NCBI GenBank assembly: GCA_032718475.1
Contig: JAUCBJ010007011.1
Span: 8,312-72,311 of the forward strand
Source of the DNA: Nemertoderma westbladi
Lineage: Eukaryota > Animalia > Xenacoelomorpha
Direction of reading: 5' to 3'
Length of the DNA stretch: 64,000 bases
Below the pieces are notes generated by a model that saw only the letters and a program-made list of their open reading frames with translations, did no database searches and was not told where the DNA came from. Positions 48,401 to 63,400 of this stretch are shown here, piece by piece. The first letter of the stretch is position 1. Every line of letters begins with the position of its first letter. Both the position numbers and the translations under genes were made by a program.

Positions 48401-51400
48401 GCTCACATTATGCTAACTTATCAGCCTACGTCCCCGTAGTTGCTCACATTATGCTAACTTATCAGCCTACGTCACCGTAGTTGCTCACATTATGCTAACT
48501 TATCAGCCTACGTCCCCGTAGTTGCTCACATTATGCTAACTTATCAGCCTACGTCCCCGTAGTTGCTCACATTATGCTAACTTATCAGCCTACGTCCCCG
48601 TAGTTGCTCACATTATGCTAACTTATCAGCCTACGGCCCCGTAGTTGCTCACATTATGCTAACTTATCAGCCTACGTCCCCGTAGTTGCTCACATTATGC
48701 TAGCTAACTTATCAGCCTACGTCCCCGTAGTTGCTCACATTATGCTAACTTATCAGCCTACGTCCCCGTAGTTGCTCACATTATGCTAACTTATCAGCCT
48801 ACGTCCCCGTAGTTGCTCACATTATGCTAGCTAACTTATCAGCCTACGTCCCCGTAGTTACTCACATTATGCTAACTTATCAGCCTACGTCCCCGTAGTT
48901 GCTCACATTATGCTAACTTATCAGCCTACGGCCCCGTAGTTGCTCACATTATGCTAGCTAACTTATCAGCCTACGTCCCCGTAGTTGCTCACATTATGCT
49001 AACTTATCAGCCTACGTCCCCGTAGTTGCTCACATTATGTTAACTTATCAGCCTACGTCCCCGTTGTTGCTCACATTATGCTAACTTATCAGCCTACGTC
49101 TCCGTTGTTGCTCACATTATGCTAACTTATCAGAGCCTACGTCCCCGTTGTTGCTCACATTATGCTAACTTATCAGCCTACGTCCCCGTAGTTGCTCACA
49201 TTATGCTAACTTATCAGGCTACGTCCCCGTAGTTGCTCACACTATGCTAACTTATCAGCCTACGGCCCCGTTGTTGCTCACATTATGCTAACTTATCAGC
49301 CTACGGCCCCGTAGTTGCTCACATTATGCTAACTTATCAGCCTACGGCCCCGTAGTTGCTCACACATTATGCTAGCTAACTTATCAGGCTACGTCCCCGT
49401 AGTTGCTCACATTATGCTAACTTATCACCCTACGTCCCCGTAGTTGCTCACATTATGCTAACTTATCAGCCTACGTCCCCGTAGTTGCTCACATTATGCT
49501 AACTTATCAGTCTTTGCAGGACATTGCTTTCGCCGTGAGGACCAGCCAGTGCATAATCTTGTACTTTGGCAGCCTCATGGAGTGAATAAGCATGGTGGAC
49601 AGCCCATGACTTTCTTGAGACGCATCTTAAAGGACACTGGCCTTAAAGATGCGGATGATCTAGCAAATGTCATGGGTGATAGGGAGTTGTGGCGGTGCAA
49701 TTTTGTTGACAAGCCGGCACAGCATTCTTAAAAATGCAGCTGCAATGCAGCATGCCGATCCTAGTAGTAGTATCAGCCTACGTCCCCGTTGTTGTTCACA
49801 TTATGCTAACTTATCAGCCTACGTCTCCGTTGTTGCTCACATTATGCTAACTTATCAGAGCCTACGTCCCCGTTGTTGCTCACATTATGCTAACTTATCA
49901 GCCTACGTCCCCGTAGTTGCTCACATTATGCTAACTTATCAGCCTACGTCTCCGTTGTTGCTCACATTATACTTACTTATCAGAGCCTACGTCCCCGTTG
50001 TTGCTCACATTATGCTAACTTATCAGCCCACGGCCCCGTAGTTGCTCACATTATACTAACTTATCAGCCTACGTCCCCGTAGTTGCTCACATTATTCTAA
50101 CTTATCAGCCTACGTCCCCGTAGTTGCTCACATTATACTAACTTATCAGCCTACGTCCCCGTAGTTGCTCACATTATGCTAACTTATCAGCCTACGTCCC
50201 CGTTGTTGCTCACATTATGCTAACTTATCAGCCTACGTATCCGTAGTTGCTCACATTATGCTAACTTATCAGCCCACGGCCCCGTAGTTGCTCACATTAT
50301 ACTAACTTATCAGCCTACGTCCCCGTAGTTGCTCACATTATGCTAACCTATCAGCCTACGTCCCCGTAGTTGCTCACATTATGCTAACTTATCAGTCTAC
50401 GTCCCCGTAGTTGCTAACATTATGTTAACTTATCAGCCTACGTCCCCGTAGTTGCTCACATTATGCTAACTTATCAGCCTACGTCCCCGTAGTTACTCAC
50501 ATTATGCTAACTTATCAGCCTACGTCCCCGTTGTTGCTCACATTATGCTAACTTATCAGCCTACGTCCCCGTAGTTGCTTATATTATACTAACTTATCAG
50601 CCTACGTCCCCGTAGTTGCTCACATTATGTTAACTTATCAGCCTACGTCCCCGTAGTTGCTCACATTATGCTAACTTATCAGCCTACGTCCCCTTAGTTG
50701 CTCACATTATGCTAACATATCAGCCTACGGCCCCGTTGTTGCTCACATTATGCTAACTTATCAGCCTACGTCCCCGTAGTTGCTCACATTATGCTAACTT
50801 ATCAGCCTACGGCCCCGTAGTTGCTCATATTATGCTAACTGATCAGCCTACGTCCCCGCAGTTGCTCACATTATGCTAACTTATCAGCCTACGTCCCCGT
50901 AGTTGCTCACATTATGCTAACTTATCAGCCTACGTCCCCGTAGTTGCTCACATTATGTTAACTTATCAGCCTACGTCCCCGTAGTTGCTCACATTATGCT
51001 AACTTATCAGCCTACGTCTCCATAGTTGCTTATATTATACTAACTTATCAGCCTACGTCCCCGTAGTTGCTCACATTATGCTAACTTATCAGCCAACGTC
51101 CCCGTAGTTGCTCACATTATGCTAACTTATCAGCCTACGTCCCCGTAGTTGCTCACATTATGCTAACTTATCAGCCAACGTCCCCGTAGTTGCTCACATT
51201 ATGCTAACTTATCAGCCTACGTCCCCTTAGTTGCTCACATTATGCTAACTTATCAGCCTACGTCCCCGTAGTTGCTCACATTATGCTAACTTATCAGCCT
51301 ACGTCCCCGTAGTTGCTCACATTATGCTAACTTATCAGCCTACGTCCCCGTAGTTGCTCACATTATGCTAACTTATCAGCCTACGTCCCCGTAGTTGCTC

Positions 51401-54400
51401 ACATTATGCTAGCTAACTTATCAGCCTACGTCCCCGTAGTTGCTCACATTATGCTAACTTATCAGCCTACGTCCCCGTAGTTGCTCACATTATGCTAGCT
51501 AACTTATCAGCCTACGTCCCCGTAGTTGCTCACATTATGCTAACTTATCAGCCTACGTCCCCGTAGTTGCTCACATTATGCTAGCTAACTTATCAGCCTA
51601 CGTCCCCGTAGTTGCTCACATTATGCTAACTTATCAGCCTACGGCTCCGTAGTTGCTCACAGTATGCTAACTTATCAGCCTACGTCCCCGTAGTTGCTCA
51701 CATTATGCTAACTTATCAGCCTACGTCCCCGTAGTTGCTCACATTATGCTAGCTAACTTATCAGCCTACGTCCCCGTAGTTGCTCACATTATGCTAACTT
51801 ATCAGCCTACGGCTCCGTAGTTGCTCACATTATGCTAACTTATCAGCCTACGTCCCCGTAGTTGCTCACATTATGCTAACTTATCAGCCTACGTCCTCGT
51901 TGTTGCTCACATTATGCTAGCTAACTTATCAGCCTACGTCCCCGTAGTTGCTCACATTATGCTAGCTAACTTATCAGCCTACGTCCCCGTAGTTGCTCAC
52001 ATTATGCTAACTTATCAGCCTACGTCCCCGTAGTTGCTCACATTATGCTAGCTAACTTATCAGCCTACGTCCCCGTTGTTGCTCACATTATGCTAACTTA
52101 TCAGCCTACGTCCCCGTAGTTGCTCACATTATGCAACTTATCAGCCTACGTCCCCGTAGTTGCTCACATTATGCTAACTTATCAGCCTACGTCCCCGTAG
52201 TTGCTCACATTATGCAACTTATCAGCCTACGTCCCCGTAGTTGCTCACATTATGCTAACTTATCAGCCTACGGCCCTGTAGTTGCTCACATTATGCTAAC
52301 TTATCAGCCTACGTCCCCGTTGTTGCTCACATTATGCTAACTTATCAGCCTACGGCCCCGTAGTTGCTCACATTATGCTAACTTATCAGCCTACGTCCCC
52401 GTTGTTGCTCACATTATGCTAACTTATCAGCCTACGTTGCCGTAGTTGCTCACATTATGCTAACTTATCAGCCTACGTCCCCGTAGTTGCTCACAGTATG
52501 TTAACTTATCAGCCTACGTCCCCGCAGTTGCTCACATTATGCTAACTTATCAGCCTACGTCCCCGTAGTTGCTCACATTATGCTAACTTATCAGCCTACG
52601 TCCCCGTCGTTGCTCACATTATGCTAACTTATCAGCCTACGGCCCCGTAGTTGCTCACATTATGCTAACTTATCAGCCTACGTCCCCGTAGTTGCTCACA
52701 ATGCTAACTTATCAGCCTACGTCCCCGTAGTTACTCACATTATGCTAGCTAACTTATCAGCCTACGTCCCCGTAGTTGCTCACATTATGCTAACTTATCA
52801 GAGCCTACGTCCCCGTTGTTGCTCACATTATGCAACTTATCAGCCTACGTCCCCGTAGTTGCTCACATTATGCTAACTTATCAGCCTACGTCTCCGTAGT
52901 TGCTCACATTATGCTAACTTATCAGCCTACGTCCCCGTAGTTGCTCACATTATGCTAACTTATCAGCCTACGTCCCCGTTGTTGCTCACATTATGTTAAC
53001 TTATCAGCCTACGTCCCCGTAGTTGCTCACATTATGCTAACTTATCAGCCTACGTCCCCGTAGTTGCTCACATTATGCTAACTTATCAGCCTACGTCCCC
53101 GTTGTTGCTCACATTATGTTAACTTATCAGCCTACGTCCCCGTAGTTGCTCACATTATGCTAACTTATCAGCCTACGGCCCCGTAGTTGCTCACATTATG
53201 CTAGCTAACATATCTGCCTACGACCCCGTAGTTGCTCACATTATGCTAGCTAACTTATCAGCCTACGTCCCCGTTGTTGCTCACATTATGTTAACTTATC
53301 AGCCTACGTCCCCGTAGTTGCTCACATTATGCTAACTTATCAGCCTACGGCCCCGTAGTTGCTCACATTATGCTAGCTAACATATCAGCCTACGTCCCCG
53401 TAGTTGCTCACATTATGCTAACTTATCAGCCTACGTTCCCGTAGTTGCTCACATTATGCTAACTTATCAGCCTACGTCCCCGTAGTTGCTCACATTATGC
53501 TAACTTATCAGCCTACGTCCCCGTAGTTGCTCACATTATGCTAACTTATCAGACTACGTCCCCGTAGTTGCTCACATTATGCTAACTTATCAGCCTACGT
53601 CCCCGTAGTTGCTCACATTATGCTAACTTATCAGACTACGTACCCGTAGTTGCTCACATTATGCTAACTTATCAGCCTACGTCCCCGTAGTTGCTCACAT
53701 TATGCTAACTTATCAGCCTACGTCCCCGTAGTTGCTCACATTATGCTAACTTATCAGCCTACGCCCCCGTAGTTGCTCACATTATGCTAGCTAACTTATC
53801 AGCCTACGTCCCCGTTGTTGCTTACATTATGCTAACTTATCAGCCTACGTCCCCGTTGTTGCTCACATTATGCTAAGTTATCAGCCTACGTCCCCGTAGT
53901 TGCTCACATTATGCTAGCTAACTTATCAGCCTACGTCCCCGTAGTTGCTCACATTATGCTAACTTATCAGCCTACGTCCCCGTAGTTGCTCACATTATGT
54001 TAACTTATCAGCCTACGTCCCCGTAGTTGCTCACATTATGCTAACTTATCAGCCTACGTCCCCGTAGTTACTCACATTATGTTAACTTATCAGCCTACGT
54101 CCCCGTAGTTGCTCACATTATGCTAACTTATCAGCCTACGTCCCCGTAGTTACTCACATTATGCTAACTTATCAGCCTACGTCCCCGTAGTTGCTCGCAT
54201 TATGTTAACTTATCAGCCTACGTCCCCGTAGTTGCTCACATTATGCTAACTTATCAGCCTACGTCCCCGTAGTTGCTCACATTATGCTAGCTAACTTATC
54301 AGCCTACGTCCCCGTAGTTGCTCACATTATGCTAACTTATCAGAGCCTACGTCCCCGTTGTTGCTCACATTATGCAACTTATCAGCCTACGTCCCCGTAG

Positions 54401-57400
54401 TTGCTCACATTATGCTAACTTATCAGCCTACGTCCCCGTAGTTGCTCACATTATGCTAACTTATCAGCCTACGTCCCCGTAGTTGCTCACATTATGCTAA
54501 CTTATCAGCCTACGTCCCCGTTGTTGCTCACATTATATTAACTTATCAGCCTACGTCCCCGTAGTTGCTCACATTATGCTAACTTATCAGCCTACGGCCC
54601 CGTAGTTGCTCACATTATGCTAGCTAACATATCTGCCTACGACCCCGTAGTTGCTCACATTATGCTAGCTAACTTATCAGCCTACGGCCCCGTAGTTGCT
54701 CACATTATGCTAACTTATCAGCCTACGGCCCCGTAGTTGCTCACATTATGCTAGCTAACATATCAGCCTACGTCCCCGTAGTTGCTCACATTATGCTAAC
54801 TTATCAGCCTACGTTCCCGTAGTTGCTCACATTATGCTAACTTATCAGCCTACGTCCCCGTAGTTGCTCACATTATGCTAACTTATCAGCCTACGTCCCC
54901 GTAGTTGCTCACATTATGCTAACTTATCAGACTACGTACCCGTAGTTGCTCTCATTATGCTAACTTATCAGCCTACGTCCCCGTAGTTGCTCACATTATG
55001 CTAACTTATCAGCCTACGTCCCCGTAGTTGCTCACATTATGCTAACTTATCAGCCTACGTCCCCGTAGTTGCTCACAATGCTAACTTATCAGCCTACGTC
55101 CCCGTAGTTGCTCACATTATGCTAGCTAACTTATCAGCCTACGTCCCCGTAGTTGCTCACATTATGCTAACTTATCAGAGCCTACGTCCCCGTTGTTGCT
55201 CACATTATGCAACTTATCAGCCTACGTCCCCGTAGTTGCTCACATTATGCTAACTTATCAGCCTACGTCCCCGTAGTTGCTCACATTATGCTAACTTATC
55301 AGCCTACGTCCCCGTAGTTGCTCACATTATGCTAACTTATCAGCCTACGTCCCCGTTGTTGCTCACATTATGTTAACTTATCAGCCTACGTCCCCGTAGT
55401 TGCTCACATTATGCTAACTTATCAGCCTACGGCCCCGTAGTTGCTCACATTATGCTAGCTAACATATCTGCCTACGACCCCGTAGTTGCTCACATTATGC
55501 TAGCTAACTTATCAGCCTACGGCCCCGTAGTTGCTCACATTATGCTAACTTATCAGCCTACGGCCCCGTAGTTGCTCACATTATGCTAGCTAACATATCA
55601 GCCTACGTCCCCGTAGTTGCTCACATTATGCTAACTTATCAGAGCCTACGTCCCCGTTGTTGCTCACATTATGCAACTTATCAGCCTACGTCCCCGTAGT
55701 TGCTCACATTATGCTAACTTATCAGCCTACGGCCCCGTAGTTGCTCACATTATGCTAACTTATCAGCCTACGGCCCCGTAGTTGCTCACATTATGCTAGC
55801 TAACATATCAGCCTACGTCCCCGTAGTTGCTCACATTATGCTAACTTATCAGCCTACGTTCCCGTAGTTGCTCACATTATGCTAACTTATCAGCCTACGT
55901 CCCCGTAGTTGCTCACATTATGCTAACTTATCAGCCTACGTCCCCGTAGTTACTCACATTATGTTAACTTATCAGCCTACGTCCCCGTAGTTGCTCACAT
56001 TATGCTAACTTATCAGCCTACGTCCCCGTAGTTGCTCACATTATGCTAACTTATCAGCCAACGTCCCCTTAGTTGCTCACATTATGCTAACTTATCAGCC
56101 TACGTCCCCGTAGTTGCTCACATTATGTTAACTTATCAGCCTACGCCCCCGTAGTTGCTCACATTATGCTAGCTAACTTATCAGCCTACGTCCCCGTTGT
56201 TGCTTACATTATGCTAACTTATCAGCCTACGTCCCCGTTGTTGCTCACATTATGCTAAGTTATCAGCCTACGTCCCCGTAGTTGCTCACATTATGCTAGC
56301 TAACTTATCAGCCTACGTCCCCGTAGTTGCTCACATTATGCTAACTTATCAGCCTACGTCCCCGTAGTTGCTCACATTATGTTAACTTATCAGCCTACGT
56401 CCCCGTAGTTGCTCACATTATGCTAACTTATCAGCCTACGTCCCCGTAGTTACTCACATTATGTTAACTTATCAGCCTACGTCCCCGTAGTTGCTCACAT
56501 TATGCTAACTTATCAGCCTACGTCCCCGTAGTTACTCACATTATGCTAACTTATCAGCCTACGTCCCCGTAGTTGCTCGCATTATGTTAACTTATCAGCC
56601 TACGTCCCCGTAGTTGCTCACATTATGCTAACTTATCAGCCTACGTCCCCGTAGTTGCTCACATTATGCTAGCTAACTTATCAGCCTACGTCCCCGTAGT
56701 TGCTCACATTATGCTAACTTATCAGAGCCTACGTCCCCGTTGTTGCTCACATTATGCAACTTATCAGCCTACGTCCCCGTAGTTGCTCACATTATGCTAA
56801 CTTATCAGCCTACGTCCCCGTAGTTGCTCACATTATGCTAACTTATCAGCCTACGTCCCCGTAGTTGCTCACATTATGCTAACTTATCAGCCTACGTCCC
56901 CGTTGTTGCTCACATTATATTAACTTATCAGCCTACGTCCCCGTAGTTGCTCACATTATGCTAACTTATCAGCCTACGGCCCCGTAGTTGCTCACATTAT
57001 GCTAGCTAACATATCTGCCTACGACCCCGTAGTTGCTCACATTATGCTAGCTAACTTATCAGCCTACGGCCCCGTAGTTGCTCACATTATGCTAACTTAT
57101 CAGCCTACGGCCCCGTAGTTGCTCACATTATGCTAGCTAACATATCAGCCTACGTCCCCGTAGTTGCTCACATTATGCTAACTTATCAGCCTACGTTCCC
57201 GTAGTTGCTCACATTATGCTAACTTATCAGCCTACGTCCCCGTAGTTGCTCACATTATGCTAACTTATCAGCCTACGTCCCCGTAGTTGCTCACATTATG
57301 CTAACTTATCAGACTACGTACCCGTAGTTGCTCTCATTATGCTAACTTATCAGCCTACGTCCCCGTAGTTGCTCACATTATGCTAACTTATCAGCCTACG

Positions 57401-60400
57401 TCCCCGTAGTTGCTCACATTATGCTAACTTATCAGCCTACGTCCCCGTAGTTGCTCACAATGCTAACTTATCAGCCTACGTCCCCGTAGTTGCTCACATT
57501 ATGCTAGCTAACTTATCAGCCTACGTCCCCGTAGTTGCTCACATTATGCTAACTTATCAGCCTACGTCCCCGTAGTTGCTCACATTATGCTAACTTATCA
57601 GCCTACGTCCCCGTTGTTGCTCACATTATGTTAACTTATCAGCCTACGTCCCCGTAGTTGCTCACATTATGCTAACTTATCAGCCTACGGCCCCGTAGTT
57701 GCTCACATTATGCTAGCTAACATATCTGCCTACGACCCCGTAGTTGCTCACATTATGCTAGCTAACTTATCAGCCTACGGCCCCGTAGTTGCTCACATTA
57801 TGCTAACTTATCAGCCTACGGCCCCGTAGTTGCTCACATTATGCTAGCTAACATATCAGCCTACGTCCCCGTAGTTGCTCACATTATGCTAACTTATCAG
57901 AGCCTACGTCCCCGTTGTTGCTCACATTATGCAACTTATCAGCCTACGTCCCCGTAGTTGCTCACATTATGCTAACTTATCAGCCTACGGCCCCGTAGTT
58001 GCTCACATTATGCTAACTTATCAGCCTACGGCCCCGTAGTTGCTCACATTATGCTAGCTAACATATCAGCCTACGTCCCCGTAGTTGCTCACATTATGCT
58101 AACTTATCAGCCTACGTTCCCGTAGTTGCTCACATTATGCTAACTTATCAGCCTACGTCCCCGTAGTTGCTCACATTATGCTAACTTATCAGCCTACGTC
58201 CCCGTAGTTGCTCACATTATGCTAACTTATCAGACTACGTACCCGTAGTTGCTCACATTATGCTAACTTATCAGCCTACGTCCCCGTAGTTGCTCACATT
58301 ATGCTAACTTATCAGCCTACGTCCCCGTAGTTGCTCACATTATGCTAACTTATCAGCCTACGTCCCCGTAGTTGCTCACAATGCTAACTTATCAGCCTAC
58401 GTCCCCGTAGTTGCTCACATTATGCTAGCTAACTTATCAGCCTACGTCCCCGTAGTTGCTCACATTATGCTAACTTATCAGAGCCTACGTCCCCGTTGTT
58501 GCTCACATTATGCAACTTATCAGCCTACGTCCCCGTAGTTGCTCACATTATGCTAACTTATCAGCCTACGTCCCCGTAGTTGCTCACATTATGCTAACTT
58601 ATCAGCCTACGTCCCCGTAGTTGCTCACATTATGCTAACTTATCAGCCTACGTCCCCGTTGTTGCTCACATTATGTTAACTTATCAGCCTACGTCCCCGT
58701 AGTTGCTCACATTATGCTAACTTATCAGCCTACGGCCCCGTAGTTGCTCACATTATGCTTGCTAACATATCTGCCTACGACCCCGTAGTTGCTCACATTA
58801 TGCTAGCTAACTTATCAGCCTACGGCCCCGTAGTTGCTCACATTATGCTAGCTAACTTATCAGCCTACGTCCCCGTAGTTGCTCACATTATGCTAACTTA
58901 TCAGCCTACGTCCCCGTAGTTGCTCACATTATGTTAACTTATCAGCCTACGTCCCCGTAGTTGCTCACATTATGCTAACTTATCAGCCTACGTCCCCGTA
59001 GTTACTCACATTATGCTAACTTATCAGCCTACGTCCCCGTTGTTGCTCACATTATGCTAACTTATCTGCCTACGTCCCCGTAGTTGCTCACATTATGTTA
59101 ACTTATCAGCCTACGTCCCCGTAGTTGCTCACATTATGCTAACTTATCAGCCTACGTCCCCTTAGTTGCTCACATTATGCTAACATATCAGCCTACGGCC
59201 CCGTTGTTGCTCACATTATGCTAACTTATCAGCCTACGTCCCCGTAGTTGCTCACATTATGCTAACTTATCAGCCTACGGCCCCGTAGTTGCTCACATTA
59301 TGCTAACTTATCAGCCTACGTCCCCTTAGTTGCTCACATTATGCTAACATATCAGCCTACGTCCCCGTAGTTGCTCACATTATGCTAACTTATCAGCCTA
59401 CGTCCCCGTAGTTGCTCACATTATGCTAACTTATAAGCCTACGTCCCCGTTGTTGCTCACATTATGCTAACTTATCAGCCTACGTCCCCGTAGTTGCTCA
59501 CAGTATGCTAACTTATCAGCCTACGTCCCCGTAGTTGCTCACATTATGCTAACTTATCAGCCTACGTCCCCGTAGTTGCTCACATTATGCTAACTTATCA
59601 GCCTACGTCCCCGTAGTTGCTCACATTATGCTAACTTATCAGCCTACGTCCCCGTAGTTGCTCACATTATGCTAACTTATCAGCCTACGTCCCCGTAGTT
59701 GCTCACATTATGCTAGCTAACTTATCAGCCTACGTCCCCGTAGTTGCTCACATTATGCTAACTTATCAGCCTACGTCCCCGTAGTTGCTCACATTATGCT
59801 AGCTAACTTATCAGCCTACGTCCCCGTAGTTGCTCACATTATGCTAACTTATCAGCCTACGTCCCCGTAGTTGCTCACATTATGCTAGCTAACTTATCAG
59901 CCTACGTCCCCGTAGTTGCTCACATTATGCTAACTTATCAGCCTACGTCCCCGTAGTTGCTCACATTATGCTAGCTAACTTATCAGCCTACGTCCCCGTA
60001 GTTGCTCACATTATGCTAACTTATCAGCCTACGGCTCCGTAGTTGCTCACAGTATGCTAACTTATCAGCCTACGTCCCCGTAGTTGCTCACATTATGCTA
60101 ACTTATCAGCCTACGTCCCCGTAGTTGCTCACATTATGCTAGCTAACTTATCAGCCTACGTTCCCGTAGTTGCTCACATTATGCTAACTTATCAGCCTAC
60201 GTCCCCGTAGTTGCTCACATTATGCTAACTTATCAGCCTCCGTCCCCGTTGTTGCTCACATTATGCTAGCTAACTTATCAGCCTACGTCCCCGTTGTTGC
60301 TCACATTATGCTAACTTATCAGCCTACGTCCCCGTAGTTGCTCACATTATGCTAGCTAACTTATCAGCCTACGTCCCCGTAGTTGCTCACATTATGCTAG

Positions 60401-63400
60401 CTAACTTATCAGCCTACGTCCCCGTAGTTGCTCACATTATGCTAGCTAACTTATCAGCCTACGTCCCCGTAGTTGCTCACATTATGCTAACTTATCAGCC
60501 TACGTCCCCGTAGTTGCTCACATTATGCTAACTTATCAGCCTACGTCCCCGTAGTTGCTCACATTATGCTAACTTATCAGCCTACGTCCCCGTTGTTGCT
60601 CACATTATATTAACTTATCAGCCTACGTCCCCGTAGTTGCTCACATTATGCTAACTTATCAGCCTACGGCCCCGTAGTTGCTCACATTATGCTAGCTAAC
60701 ATATCTGCCTACGACCCCGTAGTTGCTCACATTATGCTAGCTAACTTATCAGCCTACGGCCCCGTAGTTGCTCACATTATGCTAACTTATCAGCCTACGG
60801 CCCCGTAGTTGCTCACATTATGCTAGCTAACATATCAGCCTACGTCCCCGTAGTTGCTCACATTATGCTAACTTATCAGCCTACGTTCCCGTAGTTGCTC
60901 ACATTATGCTAACTTATCAGCCTACGTCCCCGTAGTTGCTCACATTATGCTAACTTATCAGCCTACGTCCCCGTAGTTGCTCACATTATGCTAACTTATC
61001 AGACTACGTACCCGTAGTTGCTCTCATTATGCTAACTTATCAGCCTACGTCCCCGTAGTTGCTCACATTATGCTAACTTATCAGCCTACGTCCCCGTAGT
61101 TGCTCACATTATGCTAACTTATCAGCCTACGTCCCCGTAGTTGCTCACAATGCTAACTTATCAGCCTACGTCCCCGTAGTTGCTCACATTATGCTAGCTA
61201 ACTTATCAGCCTACGTCCCCGTAGTTGCTCACATTATGCTAACTTATCAGCCTACGTCCCCGTAGTTGCTCACATTATGCTAACTTATCAGCCTACGTCC
61301 CCGTTGTTGCTCACATTATGTTAACTTATCAGCCTACGTCCCCGTAGTTGCTCACATTATGCTAACTTATCAGCCTACGGCCCCGTAGTTGCTCACATTA
61401 TGCTAGCTAACATATCTGCCTACGACCCCGTAGTTGCTCACATTATGCTAGCTAACTTATCAGCCTACGGCCCCGTAGTTGCTCACATTATGCTAACTTA
61501 TCAGCCTACGGCCCCGTAGTTGCTCACATTATGCTAGCTAACATATCAGCCTACGTCCCCGTAGTTGCTCACATTATGCTAACTTATCAGAGCCTACGTC
61601 CCCGTTGTTGCTCACATTATGCTAACTTATCAGCCTACGTCCCCGTAGTTGCTCACATTATGCTAACTTATCAGCCTACGGCCCCGTAGTTGCTCACATT
61701 ATGCTAACTTATCAGCCTACGGCCCCGTAGTTGCTCACATTATGCTAGCTAACATATCAGCCTACGTCCCCGTAGTTGCTCACATTATGCTAACTTATCA
61801 GCCTACGTTCCCGTAGTTGCTCACATTATGCTAACTTATCAGCCTACGTCCCCGTAGTTGCTCACATTATGCTAACTTATCAGCCTACGTCCCCGTAGTT
61901 GCTCACATTATGCTAACTTATCAGACTACGTACCCGTAGTTGCTCACATTATGCTAACTTATCAGCCTACGTCCCCGTAGTTGCTCACATTATGCTAACT
62001 TATCAGCCTACGTCCCCGTAGTTGCTCACATTATGCTAACTTATCAGCCTACGTCCCCGTAGTTGCTCACAATGCTAACTTATCAGCCTACGTCCCCGTA
62101 GTTGCTCACATTATGCTAGCTAACTTATCAGCCTACGTCCCCGTAGTTGCTCACATTATGCTAACTTATCAGAGCCTACGTCCCCGTTGTTGCTCACATT
62201 ATGCAACTTATCAGCCTACGTCCCCGTAGTTGCTCACATTATGCTAACTTATCAGCCTACGTCCCCGTAGTTGCTCACATTATGCTAACTTATCAGCCTA
62301 CGTCCCCGTAGTTGCTCACATTATGCTAACTTATCAGCCTACGTCCCCGTTGTTGCTCACTTTATGTTAACTTATCAGCCTACGTCCCCGTAGTTGCTCA
62401 CATTATGCTAACTTATCAGCCTACGGCCCCGTAGTTGCTCACATTATGCTTGCTAACATATCTGCCTACGACCCCGTAGTTGCTCACATTATGCTAGCTA
62501 ACTTATCAGCCTACGGCCCCGTAGTTGCTCACATTATGCTAGCTAACTTATCAGCCTACGTCCCCGTAGTTGCTCACATTATGCTAACTTATCAGCCTAC
62601 GTCCCCGTAGTTGCTCACATTATGTTAACTTATCAGCCTACGTCCCCGTAGTTGCTCACATTATGCTAACTTATCAGCCTACGTCCCCGTAGTTACTCAC
62701 ATTATGCTAACTTATCAGCCTACGTCCCCGTTGTTGCTCACATTATGCTAACTTATCTGCCTACGTCCCCGTAGTTGCTCACATTATGTTAACTTATCAG
62801 CCTACGTCCCCGTAGTTGCTCACATTATGCTAACTTATCAGCCTACGTCCCCTTAGTTGCTCACATTATGCTAACATATCAGCCTACGGCCCCGTTGTTG
62901 CTCACATTATGCTAACTTATCAGCCTACGTCCCCGTAGTTGCTCACATTATGCTAACTTATCAGCCTACGGCCCCGTAGTTGCTCACATTATGCTAACTT
63001 ATCAGCCTACGTCCCCTTAGTTGCTCACATTATGCTAACATATCAGCCTACGTCCCCGTAGTTGCTCACATTATGCTAACTTATCAGCCTACGTCCCCGT
63101 AGTTGCTCACATTATGCTAACTTATAAGCCTACGTCCCCGTTGTTGCTCACATTATGCTAACTTATCAGCCTACGTCCCCGTAGTTGCTCACAGTATGCT
63201 AACTTATCAGCCTACGTCCCCGTAGTTGCTCACATTATGCTAACTTATCAGCCTACGTCCCCGTAGTTGCTCACATTATGCTAACTTATCAGCCTACGTC
63301 CCCGTAGTTGCTCACATTATGCTAACTTATCAGCCTACGTCCCCGTAGTTGCTCACATTATGCTAACTTATCAGCCTACGTCCCCGTAGTTGCTCACATT

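Noticed and set aside
45082-52340. ORFs inside the satellite (45082, 49667, 52131)
   Set aside because: Chance frame switching from indel variants of the monomer.
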